From the NCBI GenBank assembly GCA_038087875.1, contig CM075988.1, positions 17,300,001-17,364,000 on the forward strand: DNA of 64,000 nucleotides. The letters run 5' to 3'. The stretch is from Malacoraja senta. Its lineage: Eukaryota. Shown in pieces: positions 39,601 through 53,179 of the stretch. Under the pieces are notes generated by a model. It made no database searches and was not told the origin of the DNA. It saw only the letters and a program-made list of their open reading frames with translations. The first letter of the stretch is position 1. Each line of letters begins with the position of its first letter. Both the position numbers and the translations under genes were made by a program.

Positions 39601-42600
39601 TGACTGTAGGACATGTCTACCTTCAGACACTGGTTTCTGCGTGTAATTCCCACACTGGTCAGCAGGAGACAAAAACAAGGAGAAAACTTGAGACAAACTG
39701 CCGGAGTAATCAGCAGGTCAGGCAGCAACTCCAGAGGACATGGATAGCCAGTACTTTGAGTCGGGGCCCTTCTGCAGAACCCTCTTCAGAGTCTGAAAAA
39801 GGGTTCCGGCCTGAAACCTTGCCGCTCGTGACCTTCAGAGACGCTGCCCGACCCGCTGAGTTACTCCAGCATTTTGCACAAGATTCCAGCATCTTCAGTC
39901 CCTTGCATCTCAAAGGGAACTTGACTGTGGTTTTCTCGACCAATGCATGGAAATCATTTACAGCGAGTCCATAAAATTCGGGTCTCAATCGTCCAAACCC
40001 TCATCCCTATGGCCAACACGGTCCAAGTGGAAAATGTTCGAAAAACACAACCGATTATCCAATATGTAAAACACTGATGTGGTTAGAGCTGCTATTTAAA
40101 CCACTCCGGTAAAACCTTTGCATTAACTCATACTACATATTCAATATTTGCAGTGTTTTAGAATTTAATTTAAAATTCAAGCAACTACATCTCAGGTCAA
40201 AACGTATACACAGTTGCTAAGCACACGCTGATAATCCCCACTCCCCCTATTCCTTTCAAATATCCATTTAAGCAGCACAGCAAGAAGATGGTCAAGGCAT
40301 TTTACAGGCTACCAAACAAAAATCTGATGCTGAACAAAACCAGAAGATATCAGCAAAGACGACAATAGGTGTGGTTAAAAGGAAGTTTTTTTGTTCCTCA
40401 AGGGAGCATCTTAAGAGAGTGAGTAGTGGAGAGACAGCCATAGACTAGGAATTAAAGAGCACAGAGGTTGAGGCAGAAAGCACAGCCAGCAACAGTAAGG
40501 CAATTAAATTCAGGGATATGCATGGTGCCAGAAATGGAAGAGCACAGAAATCGCAGTATGTTTATATGAGTGTAGACTCTGAGATAGGGAGGTTGGGAGT
40601 GTGGGGATGGGAAGGTCAGGAAAGGATTTAAAAACACGTGGCCAGTCAGTGCATACCCCAATATTGACGCCAATCTATGTACACATGGCAACCACCTTTG
40701 CATAGACATGGACCAGCCTGGACTTATACACTTCCTATCTAGCAGACTCCAAATTCCAAAAACCAATTACACAGCTCAGTAGTTAAAGCCATCGATTCAT
40801 TTTCTCACCAAATACCTTTCCAATTCCCTCTTAATACTGAAGTTAACCGTTTCTGCTGTTTCCTCACCCAAGCATTCACTCTTCTTTGGAAGTTGTATCT
40901 GGCTGTAATCACATTCACTGCTAAACAGAATCTCAACAACATTGTGCAACTATGACTCAAGGTTTGAGTAATTGGAATAGACAAGGAATAACTTGTATTG
41001 CCTTCATTAATATAATCCAAGCAATATTGATTTGTCACAGTATGAGTGAATAGAACAGCGTTTCCTAACACTGTTGGAAAGCAGATAACGGTTGCCATTA
41101 ACATTAATTTAAACATTTTGTAGAAATTTTTGCCCCGATCCAAGTTGATATCTTTTGGAAACTTTGTACAAAATAGGAACTTGATTGTGTATTATGTAAA
41201 GATTCTAGTGCTAGCTGGTATGTTTCTGAAATGTGCAATTGTTATGTCTTATTTTATGTACATAGGCCATAAGAATGATTTGTATAATGAAAAGACACCA
41301 AGATTTAAAATAGTTTATCAACTCAGTGATTATTATGTGTGTGTTTTTTTCTCTCCCCCCCCCCCCCCCCGAAGCCTTTGAGGAAATCGCCTGTTTATTG
41401 GAATTCAATAATACAAAAGAGAATGTGTACAAATTCGCACCATCTTAATTCATTTGCAAATTAAATTCTAGATTACAGAACTTGAGCCCTCCAACATTTT
41501 GTGCCATTTCCTCATATGAACTAATTCAGCGCTGGGACATCCTTACGCCTCGCCCATCCATAGGCCAAGTCCATAGAGCACCTTAAATCCTAGACAAGGT
41601 GCAGTAGGCCAGCTAATACCACCAGAATAATTATCTTTCCACAGCAGCTTTTGTCTGATGTCTCACGCTCCTGATCTCAAATATGGAAAGGGGAAGATAA
41701 CACAATGCACTTTAGGATATAGGATGGGCTTTATCTTCAGAAAGGCACACTGGGCTGGTGAAGTCCGACAAAGCACTTGTTTCAGAGAACAATGCAGCAC
41801 AGGATCAGGCCCTTCAGCCCACATTGTCTGACAAACATGATGCCAAGATAAACTAATCTCATCTGCCTGCATATGGTCCATATCCCTCCATTCCCTGCAT
41901 ACCCATGCACCTATCTAAAATCCACTTATGTATCTGCCTCCACCACCACTCCTGTAACTTGCCATTACAACAACCTCCAATTGCATGACATTCTTGTTTC
42001 CACTGTTTATTTGAAGATTTGTGTTCCCCACTTAGAAAATCCGATACCTCGAGGGAACCATTTTGGATGAAAGGAGATGGGGTGAGGAAAGATGAGAAAG
42101 AAAATACATATTTTGTAAATCTTACGGTAAATGCTACAATTTTAATTTTCTCCTAAATTCTTAATATTTTGTTCCTCCACTAGCTATATTTTATTCTGTA
42201 ATACTTAGACTGCTGCAAAATAGTTCTGTACATTTATTTTTAAAGATAATCAAAGTAGAACTACCTCATACTTAAGCTTTTAATAGGACAGAACATCCTA
42301 TGGCCTTAATCAAAAGGTCTTCAAAGAAACCAGTTTATATTGGAGGTTTCTAACAGGGCAAACACTGATCTCAAGGATATTTACATTACGGCATCAGACA
42401 ATCACTTTCCAATGCTACGTCACAAATCAAAGTCAAAAATACATAACAAGTATAACAAGCAGGATGTTGGAAGAGAAATATTGGAGGCAAGGTTCAACAG
42501 CTGGCTTGGGGATATCTGGAAAAGAGGCAGCTATGAAAACAATAAAATTAGAAAGCAATTCGGCTCACAGCGCCTTAAATCAGTGCCAGCTCTAACAAAC

Positions 42601-43254
42601 ATTCCAGAAGATGAAAAAGTACATTTTGCACAGCAAGCTCCAATTCATCTGACAAAATCCTTTTTCAATACTCGACTGTGAGATGTTTTTAATGTGAAGG
42701 ACAGAATCCCATTGTTCTGCACACACAAATAAAAAAACCCATTGTTGGTCCAACCTTGATGACACAGCGGCAGCTGCTTTGCCCAAATAAAACTGCCCGT
42801 TTAATGAATTTTAATGTCTAATTTGGTTTCTGGAGTGGGGGGGAAAGAGAAGACGAGTCAGGAATGTCATGGAATAATTCCCACTTCCAGGGATGACTGC
42901 AGCTCCAATAAAACTCCTCTCCAGAGCAGCAGTTGTATGAAGACAAGGAACTGCAGATGTATGAATCTCGAGCAAAACAAAACACAAAATGCCGGAGGAA
43001 CTCAGCGGGTCAGGCAGCAGCGATGAAGAGAATGGATAGGCAAAGTTTTGGGTTGGGGTCCTTCTTTTACGTCATCTATGCATTCCCTCCAGATGCTGCC
43101 TGACCCGTTAAGTTACTCCAGCGTTGTGTTATACTTAACCAGTAACCCATTCCAGCTTCTGCAATTGCTCCACTATCAGCACACTTTTAGCTTGAGTACA
43201 TGCCTTTTGAAAGCAAATAGACATCAACTTGCCAAAGCTTCCATAGCAGCATTG

Positions 43255-43545
43255 CCTCCCCCATCCTAGTTCTCCGACTAGTTGCGCTGTCCTTCTGATT
43301 AATGTTACTAATTGTAAGTCTCATTGTCACCTTCCCCTCAGCTAACAATGAACCATTCTACATTTTATTATCATCGTCTGCTTTGATCTGTCATTTTCAC
43401 ATCTTACCCCCTCCTTATCTCCAGACTCCCTGTTCCCTGATTCTCAGCCTGAAGGGGGGGGTCTCGACCTGAAACGTCACCCATTCCTTCACTCCAGAGA
43501 TGCTGCCTGTCCCGCTGAGTTACTCCAGCATTTTGTGTCTACCTT
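43255..43545 (+). mobile_element. Penelope-like 3' UTR/terminal repeat
   Basis: gctaacaatgaaccattctac...ctgaag...gaaacgtcacc...gatgctgcctgtcccgctgagttactccagc. Paralogous to 58940-59270 (+) and 62511-62758 (-). Confidence 0.7.
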
Positions 43546-44751
43546 GCCCAAACCAATGATCTCTAACAGCTAGAAAAATAAGGACGGAAGGACAACAGAT
43601 GACGGGGAACACTGCAACTCAGAAATTCTTCTTTTCATCACACATCACCTTGATATACAAATACAATGCTGTTCCTTCATTGTACCAGGCATTCCTAACA
43701 ACTAGATTTTAGGCACACCTTCACCACATAGACTAGACAGTTCCCATCTCCTTCAAGGGCTATTAAGATGCGTGCGATCTACACTCGCTTTGTCAATGGT
43801 GCCCGTAAAAACAGAAGACAAACACACCTTGGGGCTTCACCGACTGCCATGTGTTTGCTGGAATGTCTTCAACACTGAGAGAGCATCCACTGCCCAAAGG
43901 AAAAAACAATCACCAGGGTAGAGTCAAGGCCACTGGGTAAAGTACCTGGGAGACTGGGGAATGATCCTTATGTGGAGAAATAACCCCATCATCTGGAGTG
44001 GACAGAAGATAATTAGCAATATAAAAGTCCGATGATCCATCAACAAAATCTTCCACTAAGCTTGTGAAACAAAGCGTGCGTCTGCCCTTGTCTCAATCAC
44101 GTTTAGATGTTAAAGGAATCATTAAAACGGTTTGCCAGATGTTGAACAGTCTGCCATTTGTCTCTGTAGTCGTGAACAGCAAGCGCTCAATTTAATGCAG
44201 AGGTTCCGAACCTGCACTGCGGCTTGGTGGAAACGTTGGACGTTGACAGAGTGAAGTGCCTGAGGACACTTTCCACAGCGCTGCCTCAGTGAAGAATGGC
44301 ACATACAGATGCAAAGGTACAGGTAGCGTCGATATCCTGCCACTACTTCCCTCTTCACTCACCTTATGACTGTTTCTCAAGTGGCTTTTGCCATCTCTAT
44401 GTGATCTATACACACACACACACACACACACATACAAACACAATAGAATCGCAAAATAAATGATAAAGGTAAATAATTCAGAAGGTGGTGGAGGCCAGGT
44501 CAATGGATATTTTTTAAGGCGGAGATTGATAGATTCTTGATTAGTACAGGTGTCAGGGGGTCATGGGGAGAAGGCAGGAGAATGGGGTTGAGAGGGAAAG
44601 ATGGATCAGCCATGATTGAATGGCGGAGTAGACTAGATGGGCTGAATGGCCAAATTCTGCTCCTATAACTTATGAACTTATGATTCAAAACTATCACCAA
44701 CTTTGGCGCAGGCCAAATGGTGATCGTCACTAATATCTCTACAACTCGTAA

Positions 44752-44977
44752 AGGGCCTGTCCCACTTTCACGACCTAATTCACGACCTTTTTTACTCATG
44801 GACATTTTTCATCAGGCTTGAAAAAACGCCCCGACCTACTTGATGCCATGAGTACCTACGACTAGCATCATGGCCTGCTACGACCTACCTATGACCTCCT
44901 ACGATCTTGTGACGACCATGCTGCGAGTATGAGTCAAGAGCAAACTTGACAGAGGTCGTGAAAGTGGGACAGGCCCT
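44752..44977. mobile_element. PIF/Harbinger-type MITE (same family as 5624-5860, opposite orientation)
   Basis: TIR agggcctgtcccactttcacgacct; TAA duplicated at 44749-44751 and 44978-44980. Confidence 0.85.
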
Positions 44978-46059
44978 TAACTTTTTAATCAAATGATTAA
45001 AAAGATTCTAGTTTTAAAAGGTTCTACAATACAATGACTAGTTATCACAGGGTGATAAAAGACCTTCTGTAATGACTGGTGGGTAGGAGATAGCGATTCA
45101 TGTCCGTCCCTGTTTATTCTTAGAGGTTAGCACACACTACCCTTCAAAATTTCAACAAGGAGGTTCGCAATAAAAGACTCTGCTCATGAAGTTGGTTGGC
45201 ATCATTATCTCCAGCAGTAACAGCAACTGATCTGCATGAATGGAACCACATCAATTGATTATAAAAAAAGTGTTTCTCTATATTCTCTCTGACAATCCGT
45301 AGAGAGTATTTCAGATCACCGTGCATTTTAATGTTCAGCAAAGGGAAATGTTGTGTCTAACCACCTACAATTTACAATATCATGATCCTTCTGTGTCTGT
45401 AGCAATGTAGGACAAGGACTGACGCTACACGTTAACCCTAGCCCTTGGGCCAGGGGTCAGCTGATGGAGATGGGGGGGGGCATCCATCCCAAGAGTGAAA
45501 AGGGCGAACCAGATTGGGGAGGGGCGGTGGAGGGACATTTTCAGATTATGAGTGTTGTTTTAAACATTTAATTACCAAAGGTCACCAAGGTTGAGTTCAG
45601 ATTTGGGATGTCCAAATTATAACCATATAACCATATAACCATTACAGCACGGAAACAGGCCATCTCGGCCCTTCAAGTCCGTGCCGAACATTTTTTTTTT
45701 TTTTTTTTAATAATTTTTTTTTTGGGCCATACTTGGAACATTATGCCCCAAAATTACCTCAATAGTATCCATATAAAACATTAAAACAAACCCTCAAGGG
45801 AAAATTAGATATGATTAACCACCAGACCTAAACAGTCTGGTATTCGCAGCATACATGCGAATGCAGGAGAATGGGGTGAGGAAGGATACATAGATCAGCC
45901 TTGATTGAATGGCGTAGTAACTTGATGGGCCGAATGGCCTAATTCTGCTCCTGTCACTTATGACCTTATGATTATACAGTGAACCACGCATTTTTAATCT
46001 TTTTATTTTAACTTAGTCAACTCAAATACATCTTGAATTAAGAAACGCCTTTTGGCACC

Positions 46060-46672
46060 GGGGCCTTCATCAGTCAGGGAATGGCGTACAGATGTTAAGA
46101 AATGTTATATTATAGTTGTACAAAGCTTTGATGAGGCCATACTTGGAACATTTTGTTCACGTTTGGTCACCCTTCCATAAAAAAAGATGCCATTAAGTTT
46201 GAAAGGGTGCAGAGACGATTTATGAGGATGTTGTTGGTACAAGAGGGCCTGAGCTATAGGGAGAGATTTGGCAGACGAGGACTTTATTCCTTGGAGTGCA
46301 GGAGGCAGACGGATGATCTGATAGAAGTGTACAAAATCATGAGGGGATTAGATACGGTGAATACACAATGTATTTATCCCCAGGATAGTGGAATCAAGAA
46401 CTAGAAGACATGGGTTTAAGGTGAAGGGAAACAATTTAGTATGAATCTTTTCCACACAGAGGGTGGTAGGTATATGGAATGAGTTGCCAGAAAAAAATAT
46501 AGCTGAGGCAGGTAGAATAATAACATTGCAAAGATATTTGGAAAGCTAAATGGATAGGAACGGTTTGGATGAATATGGGCCGAACATGGTCAAATGGGAG
46601 TAGCTTAGATGGAGCAGCTTGGTTGGCATGGACGAGTTGGGCCAAAGGGCACATTTCCATGCTGTATGACTT
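46060..46672 (+). mobile_element. CR1 LINE 3' fragment
   Basis: ERVQRRFMRML and DLIEVYKIMRG motifs; tail gggcc.aagggc....ttccatgctgtatgact. Confidence 0.8.
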
Positions 46673-46746
46673 TATAAGAGACAAGATTTAGAGAAATTTC
46701 AAGAGACTTGGAGATGGTTCTAGAGGGTCCATTCTTTGGAATCGTA

Positions 46747-46752
46747 TTTATT
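46747..46752 (-). terminator. Candidate RNF214 polyadenylation signal AATAAA
   Basis: tttatt on + about 585 nt past the RNF214 stop codon. Confidence 0.35.
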
Positions 46753-47334
46753 GCTTTTGGTTTAGAGTGCAGCAGCACTTCCAACCATATCAGGGACATC
46801 TCACACACTGTGCACTGCTGCTTCCAATCAGCAATTAGATAAATAAAGTTTACTGCACTCAAAATATGGTGAACAACAATAAACAATAATTGTTTGTAAA
46901 AAAAAAAAAAAATCAAAAAATGCCCCAGGTGCTGGAAATCTGAAATAAAGAGAAAATGTGCTGGAAGTACTCAGCTGGTCAAGCAGCACCTGTGGCGAGT
47001 GAATCAGAGTTAATGTTTCGTGTTGATAATTCTTCATCACTCCAACACACCTATATTCGTCAGGTAGCTGAAACATGCAATGCCGGCCGCAAGACCCAGT
47101 AGAGGAGCAGAAGTGATGACCTGGCATAATATTGCCTTCAACATCATTTACAATATTTGCAGAACTCTGGTGTCAATTTAGTCCAAACGGCCAACATGCC
47201 ACAAACTCATCCATCTATTCCCCACAATGTGGTTCCTTTCTCGTAACGCAAGCCGTTCATGTTGTTCGGTGCAGGCACAAGTCCAATTCCATCGTCCTCC
47301 ATCTCTTCCTGCCCGATCGTCCAGGACCGGTCCA

Positions 47335-47400
47335 TCACCGTGGTGTGGGGCAGAAAGGACAGCTGCTGTTTTTGTTGGTGTGTGCCCAGAACTTAATGCA
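47335..47400 (-). CDS. RNF214: RING finger protein 214, last coding exon
   Basis: ccttcag|TGCATT...CGG TGA; CIKFWAHTNKNSSCPFCPTPR*, completing the RING-H2. Confidence 0.93.
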   Translation of the reverse strand, partial: CIKFWAHTNKNSSCPFCPTPR

Positions 47401-48859
47401 CTGAAGGGTAGGAGGGGGGTGAGGGAAAGAAGAGGAAATAATGCTTTTTAAAAAAGGGAGAGAGATTGCCAAATAAACGAGACATCTAGAGCTAGAATAA
47501 AGGTGCAAATGTCACATTGTACAAATCCCACTGCATATTCTGAAGACTTACTCAATTATCTGCAGGGACAGAAGTGGCTTGATCATTATAGTTTCCTTGG
47601 TGGATGGCGTGCGTTTTGTTTGGAGATGAAAGCAGTAACTGCGGGAAACTATTCTGTCAGCATGACCTTCTGGAAGGGATCATTAATAGCCTGCCAAGCT
47701 GGAGGCTGCCTGCATTGACCTAGATGGTCAGTTCCAACACACAACTTAAGTTCACGTACAAATCCTAGGTCAGATGCAAAATGCAATCAGTCGTATGAAG
47801 GGGAAGGAGCAAGATAATGAACAGAAGAGGCATCTCTGCCTTGGCCAGCCTCTGTAACCAAACTTCAAAGCCACAGGCAAGCCACCTCCTTAACCTGTTC
47901 AGTGCCACCCCCGAGTATACCGAGGTCAGTATACGGTATGGCAGTGAACAGGTTAACTTTAACAAGTACAAGACCGAACACTGCTGTACTGCAGTGAGGA
48001 GACTTATGGTAGGGAAGATAGTGACAGAATAGAACAGCGGTACAACTAATAGACGAGGAGGAATATATTTTAAACAGAGGGTAGTGAATCTGTGGGATTC
48101 ATTGCCACAGACGGCTGTGGAGGCCAAGACATGGGGAATTTTTAAGGCGGAGATTGCTAGGTTCCTGATTTGCAAGAGTGTCAAAGGATACGGGGAAAAT
48201 GCAGGAGCATGGGGTTGAGAGGGAAAAATACATCAGCCATGATTGAATGGCAGAGTAGACTCCATGGGCTGAATGGCCTAATTCTGTTCCTACGTCTAAT
48301 GGTCTTGTAGTCTTACGTGGAGCTGCTGCCCCGCAGCATTAGCAGTGTGTTTGACTCTTAATTACTGTATGTTTATTTGTATTGTTGTTGTGTTGACATG
48401 CCTGTAAATCTGCACCGCGAGAATATAATTGTTCCTTTCCCAGAACACATGACAATTAAACACTCTTGACCCGTGGCTTTCTTTCACCGTATCTATTGAT
48501 TATTTATGTTGCTGGATAGTGAAATATTTCACACCAAAAAATTAATTACATTTTTTTTACCAAGCTTTATAAAACGTGCAATTTATGGGTTGTTGTGGAG
48601 CAACCCAAAGCAATTTAGTTTGATTTTGTTTATTGTCACGTGTACCGAGGTACAGTGAAAAGCTTTTGTTGCGTGCTAACCAGTCAGCGGAAAGACTATA
48701 ATGGTTACAATCGAGCCATCCACAGTGTACATATACATGATAAAGGGAATAACATGAACAATGTTTAGTGCTAGATAAAGTCCAGTATAGTATGAGGGTC
48801 TCCAATGGGTTAGATGATACTGCTATCTGCTAATACTGCTATTTGGTCTGCTCCATAGA

Positions 48860-49395
48860 TCATAAGTGATAGGAGTAGAATTAGGCCATTTGGTCCATCA
48901 AGTCTACTCCACCATTCAATCATGGCTAATCTATCTCCCCATCCTAACCCCATTTTCCTGCCTTCTCCCCATAACCTCCGACACCTGTACTAATCAAGAA
49001 TCTAGCGATCTCTGCCTTAAATATTTCCACTGACTTGGCCTCCACAGCCTTCTGCGGCAAAGGATTCCACAGATTCATCACCCTCTGACTAAAGAAATTC
49101 CTCCTAATCTTCCTAAAAGAACGTCCTTTAATTCTGGGGCCATGACCTCTAGTCGTAGACTCTCCCTCTAGTGGAAACATCCTCTCCACATCCACTCTAT
49201 CCAAGCCTTTCATTATTCTGTACATTTCATTGAGGTCATTCTCATTCTTCTAAACTCCAGCGAATATAGGCCCAGTGCCGTCAAACGCTCCTATGTTAAC
49301 CTACTCATTCCAGGGATCATTCATGTAAACCTCCTCTGGACATTCCCTAGAGCTGCACATCCTTCCTCAGATATGGTGCCCAAAATTTATCACAA
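48860..49395 (-). mobile_element. CR1 LINE 3' fragment
   Basis: ORF 48944..49225 YRIMKGLDRVDVERMFP...FFSQRVMNLWN. Confidence 0.85.
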
Positions 49396-49404
49396 GATGT
49401 TGAT

Positions 49405-49880
49405 AGGATGGTTCAGTTGCCTGATAACAGCTGGGAAGAAACTGTTCCTGAATCTGGAGGTGTGCGTTTTCACACTTCTGTACCCCTTGCCTGATGGGAG
49501 AGGGGAGAAGAGGGAGTGACCGGGGTGAGACTGGTCCCTGAGGCTTGGTGGCCTTGCCGAGTTAGCGTGATGGAGTCACTGGAAGGGAGGCTGAAGAAGG
49601 GTCTCAACCTGAAACATCGCCATTCCTTCTATCCAGAGATGGTGTCGGGCCTGTTGAGTTACTCCACGATTTGGAGTCTATCTTCAATGGAAGGGAGGTT
49701 GGTTTGTGTGATGGTCTGGGCTGCATCCACAATTCTCTGCAATTTCTTGCAGTCTTGGATGGAGCTGTTCCCCAACCATGCAGTGATACATCCCGATAAA
49801 ATGCATTCTACGGCGCATCTGTAGAAGTTGGTGAGAGTTGTTGGGGACATGCCAAATTTCCTAAGCCTTCTAAGGAAATC
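49405..49880 (-). mobile_element. Rex1 LINE 3' fragment with nested Penelope-like piece (49591-49687)
   Basis: FLRRLRKFGMSPTTLTNFYRCAVE; nested insert bounded by tggaagggagg direct repeats. Confidence 0.8.
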
Positions 49881-50613
49881 ATTTATGGCCATTATAAGCT
49901 ACTTATGGCCATTTGAAAGGTGGTCATGGTTGTAACACTTGAAATGTGACATACCATTTGTGCAAACAAACTCCCACAAAGAGCAACAATGTTTGAGAAA
50001 CACCGATTCATAATGGCCTGGATTCTTTGGTGATCTTCCCTGTTGCTCTTCTACATATCCAACTGTGCAGACAGAATCTCGATTAAATATTTTAATCAGA
50101 AAGATATCACATCCTATAGTGCACCACTCCCTTGGTGCCCCCCCCCCCCCCCCCCCCGAGGTGTTAGCCTAGAGTTTTGCGCTCTAGTCTCCGATTAAGA
50201 TGTCAAGGGTGGTAGCAAGTGCATCGCAGCTGATAGAACAGAGAGAGTCCAGATTGCTTCATTGTCAAATGTATCGACAATGCAACCATGAAACTCTTAC
50301 TTGCAGCAGCTTTACAGGACTGTATAGACACAGAGAACACTGCAACACGAGAACAGACCCTTCACCCACAATGTCTGTGCCAAACATGATGCCAGGTTAA
50401 ACTAATCTCCTCTGCCTGCATATGATCCCAACCCCTCCATTCCCTGCACAGCCACGTGCCTGTCTAGAAGCCTCTAAAAAGCCACCACCATTCCTCCTTC
50501 CACCACTGCACCTGGTTGCACATTCCAGACACCTCTCTGTGTAAGAAAACTTGCCCCGCGCATAAAAGTGAAAGATCAGTGTACCGACTGACAGGAGAAT
50601 ATGGGACCCTCAC

Positions 50614-50709
50614 CTCTTTGTGGACAATGTGGGAACAGGCCATTTGATGCACTTCACCCACTGGCACCACCTTCTGACACATCAAACACAGTCGGGGGCT
50701 CCCAGGTAC
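50614..50709 (-). CDS. RNF214: RNF214 exon (96 nt), first part of RING-H2
   Basis: cctcag|GTACCT...AAAGAG|gtgagg; VPGSPRLCLMCQKVVPVGEVHQMACSHIVHKE. Confidence 0.93.
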
Positions 50710-51143
50710 CTGAGGTCAGAGAAACACTATTCACGTTAACGCCAACGGGAATACTCGCCAATTAGAATATTTTAAAATTAAATTGTTTAGACCAAGACAT
50801 GAAAATAAGGCAAGTGTGAACCAGCCGAGTTATATTTAAATGCTCTTAAAACCCCACTAATGTTAACAATATAACAGCATATTAGCATGTCAGATCAGTG
50901 TCTATCTATTTTGTGTGATTCGCAGCCATATCCGTGCTATTTTAACTGGAGAGTTATAGTATGTACAGCTAAGCCACAGTAAATCGACAAACAAAACAAT
51001 TCTTCATATCACTTCACCAAACATAAACTTAGACCCATGGCTCTCCCAACTGATTATCAAGCATGCAACTCTGCAAGTATCTGGAAAGTAATACACTAAC
51101 TGCTGGAGCAACTTAGCTGGCAACATCTGCCTGACCCACTGAA

Positions 51144-51447
51144 TTTTAGTTTTAGTTTTGGGGATACAATGTGGAAACAGGCCCTTCAGACCACCGATTT
51201 CACGCCCACCAACAATCACGCATACACTAATTCTATCCTACACAATAGAGGCAATTTAAAGGAGCCAATTAACCTATAAACCTGCACGTCTTTGGGATGT
51301 TGGAGGAAACCGGAGCACCCGGAGAAAACCCATGCGGTCACAGGGCGAACGTGCAAACTCCATACAGATAGCACACATGGTCAGGATCGAACCCGGCTCT
51401 CTGGCACTCTGAGGCAGCAACTCTACCGCTGCGCCACTGTGCCACCC
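51144..51447 (-). mobile_element. V-SINE (HE1-like)
   Basis: Reverse-complement family copy. Confidence 0.85.
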
Positions 51448-51594
51448 TCCAGCATTTTGTGTTTTGCTAAAGATTTCAGCATCTTGCAATTCCTTGTATC
51501 TCTGGAAAGTAACGTACTACAGACTTGAAGTTACAACCAGGTGTAGAGTAGCCAACACAAAAAATATCTCTGTAAAGATGGTGAATTCACTAAC

Positions 51595-51735
51595 CAGCGC
51601 AGGTCTCTCTTGGTATGAAGGCAGAGGTCCACTTTTACCTTTGGGCATGGCCATGTAAGGAGCGGTCTGAGCAGCAGCTGGTGGGAAGTGCCCAGGCATG
51701 CATACAGAGACTCGAGGGGGGGCCGAAGGCAGACA
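51595..51735 (-). CDS. RNF214: RNF214 exon (141 nt), Pro-rich linker
   Basis: ctgcag|TGTCTG...GCGCTG|gttagt; CLPSAPPRVSVCMPGHF...YQERPAL. Phase 0/0 fits the neighbouring exons. Confidence 0.78.
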
Positions 51736-53036
51736 CTGCAGAGGGGGACGAAAATACACTTTAACGAGATTCATCAGTATCAGAAAAAGTTTTTTAGAGC
51801 AAACATTTAAGCTTCTGCACTTTCTCAATAAATCAATACTTCACATTTTCTTGAAAGGATTCGTATGCTAACACTATTGTATATGACTGGGTAATTCTAC
51901 TATCAGTCCAGCTGATGGAACCAAGTGAAACACACTATTACTGCCAAACTATCTAGCAATCTTTGCATCGGAAAAAGTTGCTGCAATTTTGTCTGTTTCC
52001 TCTGGTCACTAAATGGACCATTTTCCGAGTAACTGATCTTGTTGCCAGAGGCATTAACCAAATGCTGTGAGCACACACATAATCCATGCCTTGCATCAAA
52101 CTTCCTGTTCTCAGTCAGACATATCATGTATCTGTACACTATAAATGGCTCGATTGTAATCATGTATTGTCTTTCCGCTGACTGCATAGCACGCAACAAA
52201 AGCTTTTCACTGTACCTCGGTACACATAAGTAAGTTTATTGGCCTAATATTCACATACAAGGAATTTGCCTTGGTGCTCCACCCACAAGTAACAACATGA
52301 CATACAGTGACAGTTACGAATGTATCAGAAAACACTAAACATTAATAATAATAAAACATTAATGATAAAACGCCATGATCAAGCATGTGAACCAACAAAA
52401 TACCCTACCAAAGGGAGGTTACAGATTTTTGGCTGTTGAGTAGAGCTACTACTCATGGATAAAAACTGTTTTTATGTCTGGCTGTGGCAGCTTTGACAGT
52501 CCGGAGTCGCCTTCCAGAGGGAAGTGATTCAAAGAGTTTGTGGCCAGGGTGAGAGGGGTCAGAGATGATCTTGCCCGCTCGCTTCCTGGCCCTTGCAGTG
52601 TACAGTTCATCAATGAACTAAGCAATAACAATAAACTGAACACTCTGAAATAGTCCTCAGGATGCGAGCCATCACCAATTGCTTCATGACAGCATCACCC
52701 TCAGACTATCTTTGATCGGACATTACTGCACTTTATCTTGCACTAAACATCATTCAAGTTATTCCCTTCATCATGTATTTGTACACTGTGGATGGCTCGA
52801 TTGGAATCATGTATTGTCTTTCCGCTGACTGTTAGCACTCAACAAAAGCGTTTCAGTACCTTGGTACACGTGACAATAAACTAAACACAAACTTTTAATG
52901 ACAGCAGCAGCTCTGGCCCAACTATCTAGAAAGTAGGTCCAATTTAATGCACATCAGAGTCTCATATTGATCAGAAAATATCTTGTTAAGGTACTAATTG
53001 CTGGTGTGTGTTTTGGACTCTTGCTCTGAAGGTTAC

Positions 53037-53151
53037 CTGGCCTGGATCACCGAGACATTCGGCTACATGCTGGATTAGTTCCTCCACCGAGAGGCCAGCA
53101 ATAGTCCCACGTGAAGTCTTTATCCGCTGTAGGATGTGCATCAGCTGCAGT
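53037..53151 (-). CDS. RNF214: RNF214 exon (115 nt)
   Basis: caccag|ACTGCA...GGCCAG|gtaacc; (R)LQLMHILQRIKTSRGTIAGLSVEELIQHVAECLGDPGQ, resembling human [20 protein letters not shown]. Confidence 0.9.
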
Positions 53152-53179
53152 CTGGTGACAATGGCAAATAGTTAGTTAT

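Noticed and set aside
39429..39974. 181-aa ORF
   Set aside because: It has a non-ATG start and no recognisable domain, and its 3' half is a foldback Penelope repeat.
44122..44358. Cys-rich 78-aa ORF suggesting a zinc finger
   Set aside because: No canonical spacing or homology is recognisable, and it lies immediately after a donor-like site, so it is probably non-coding.
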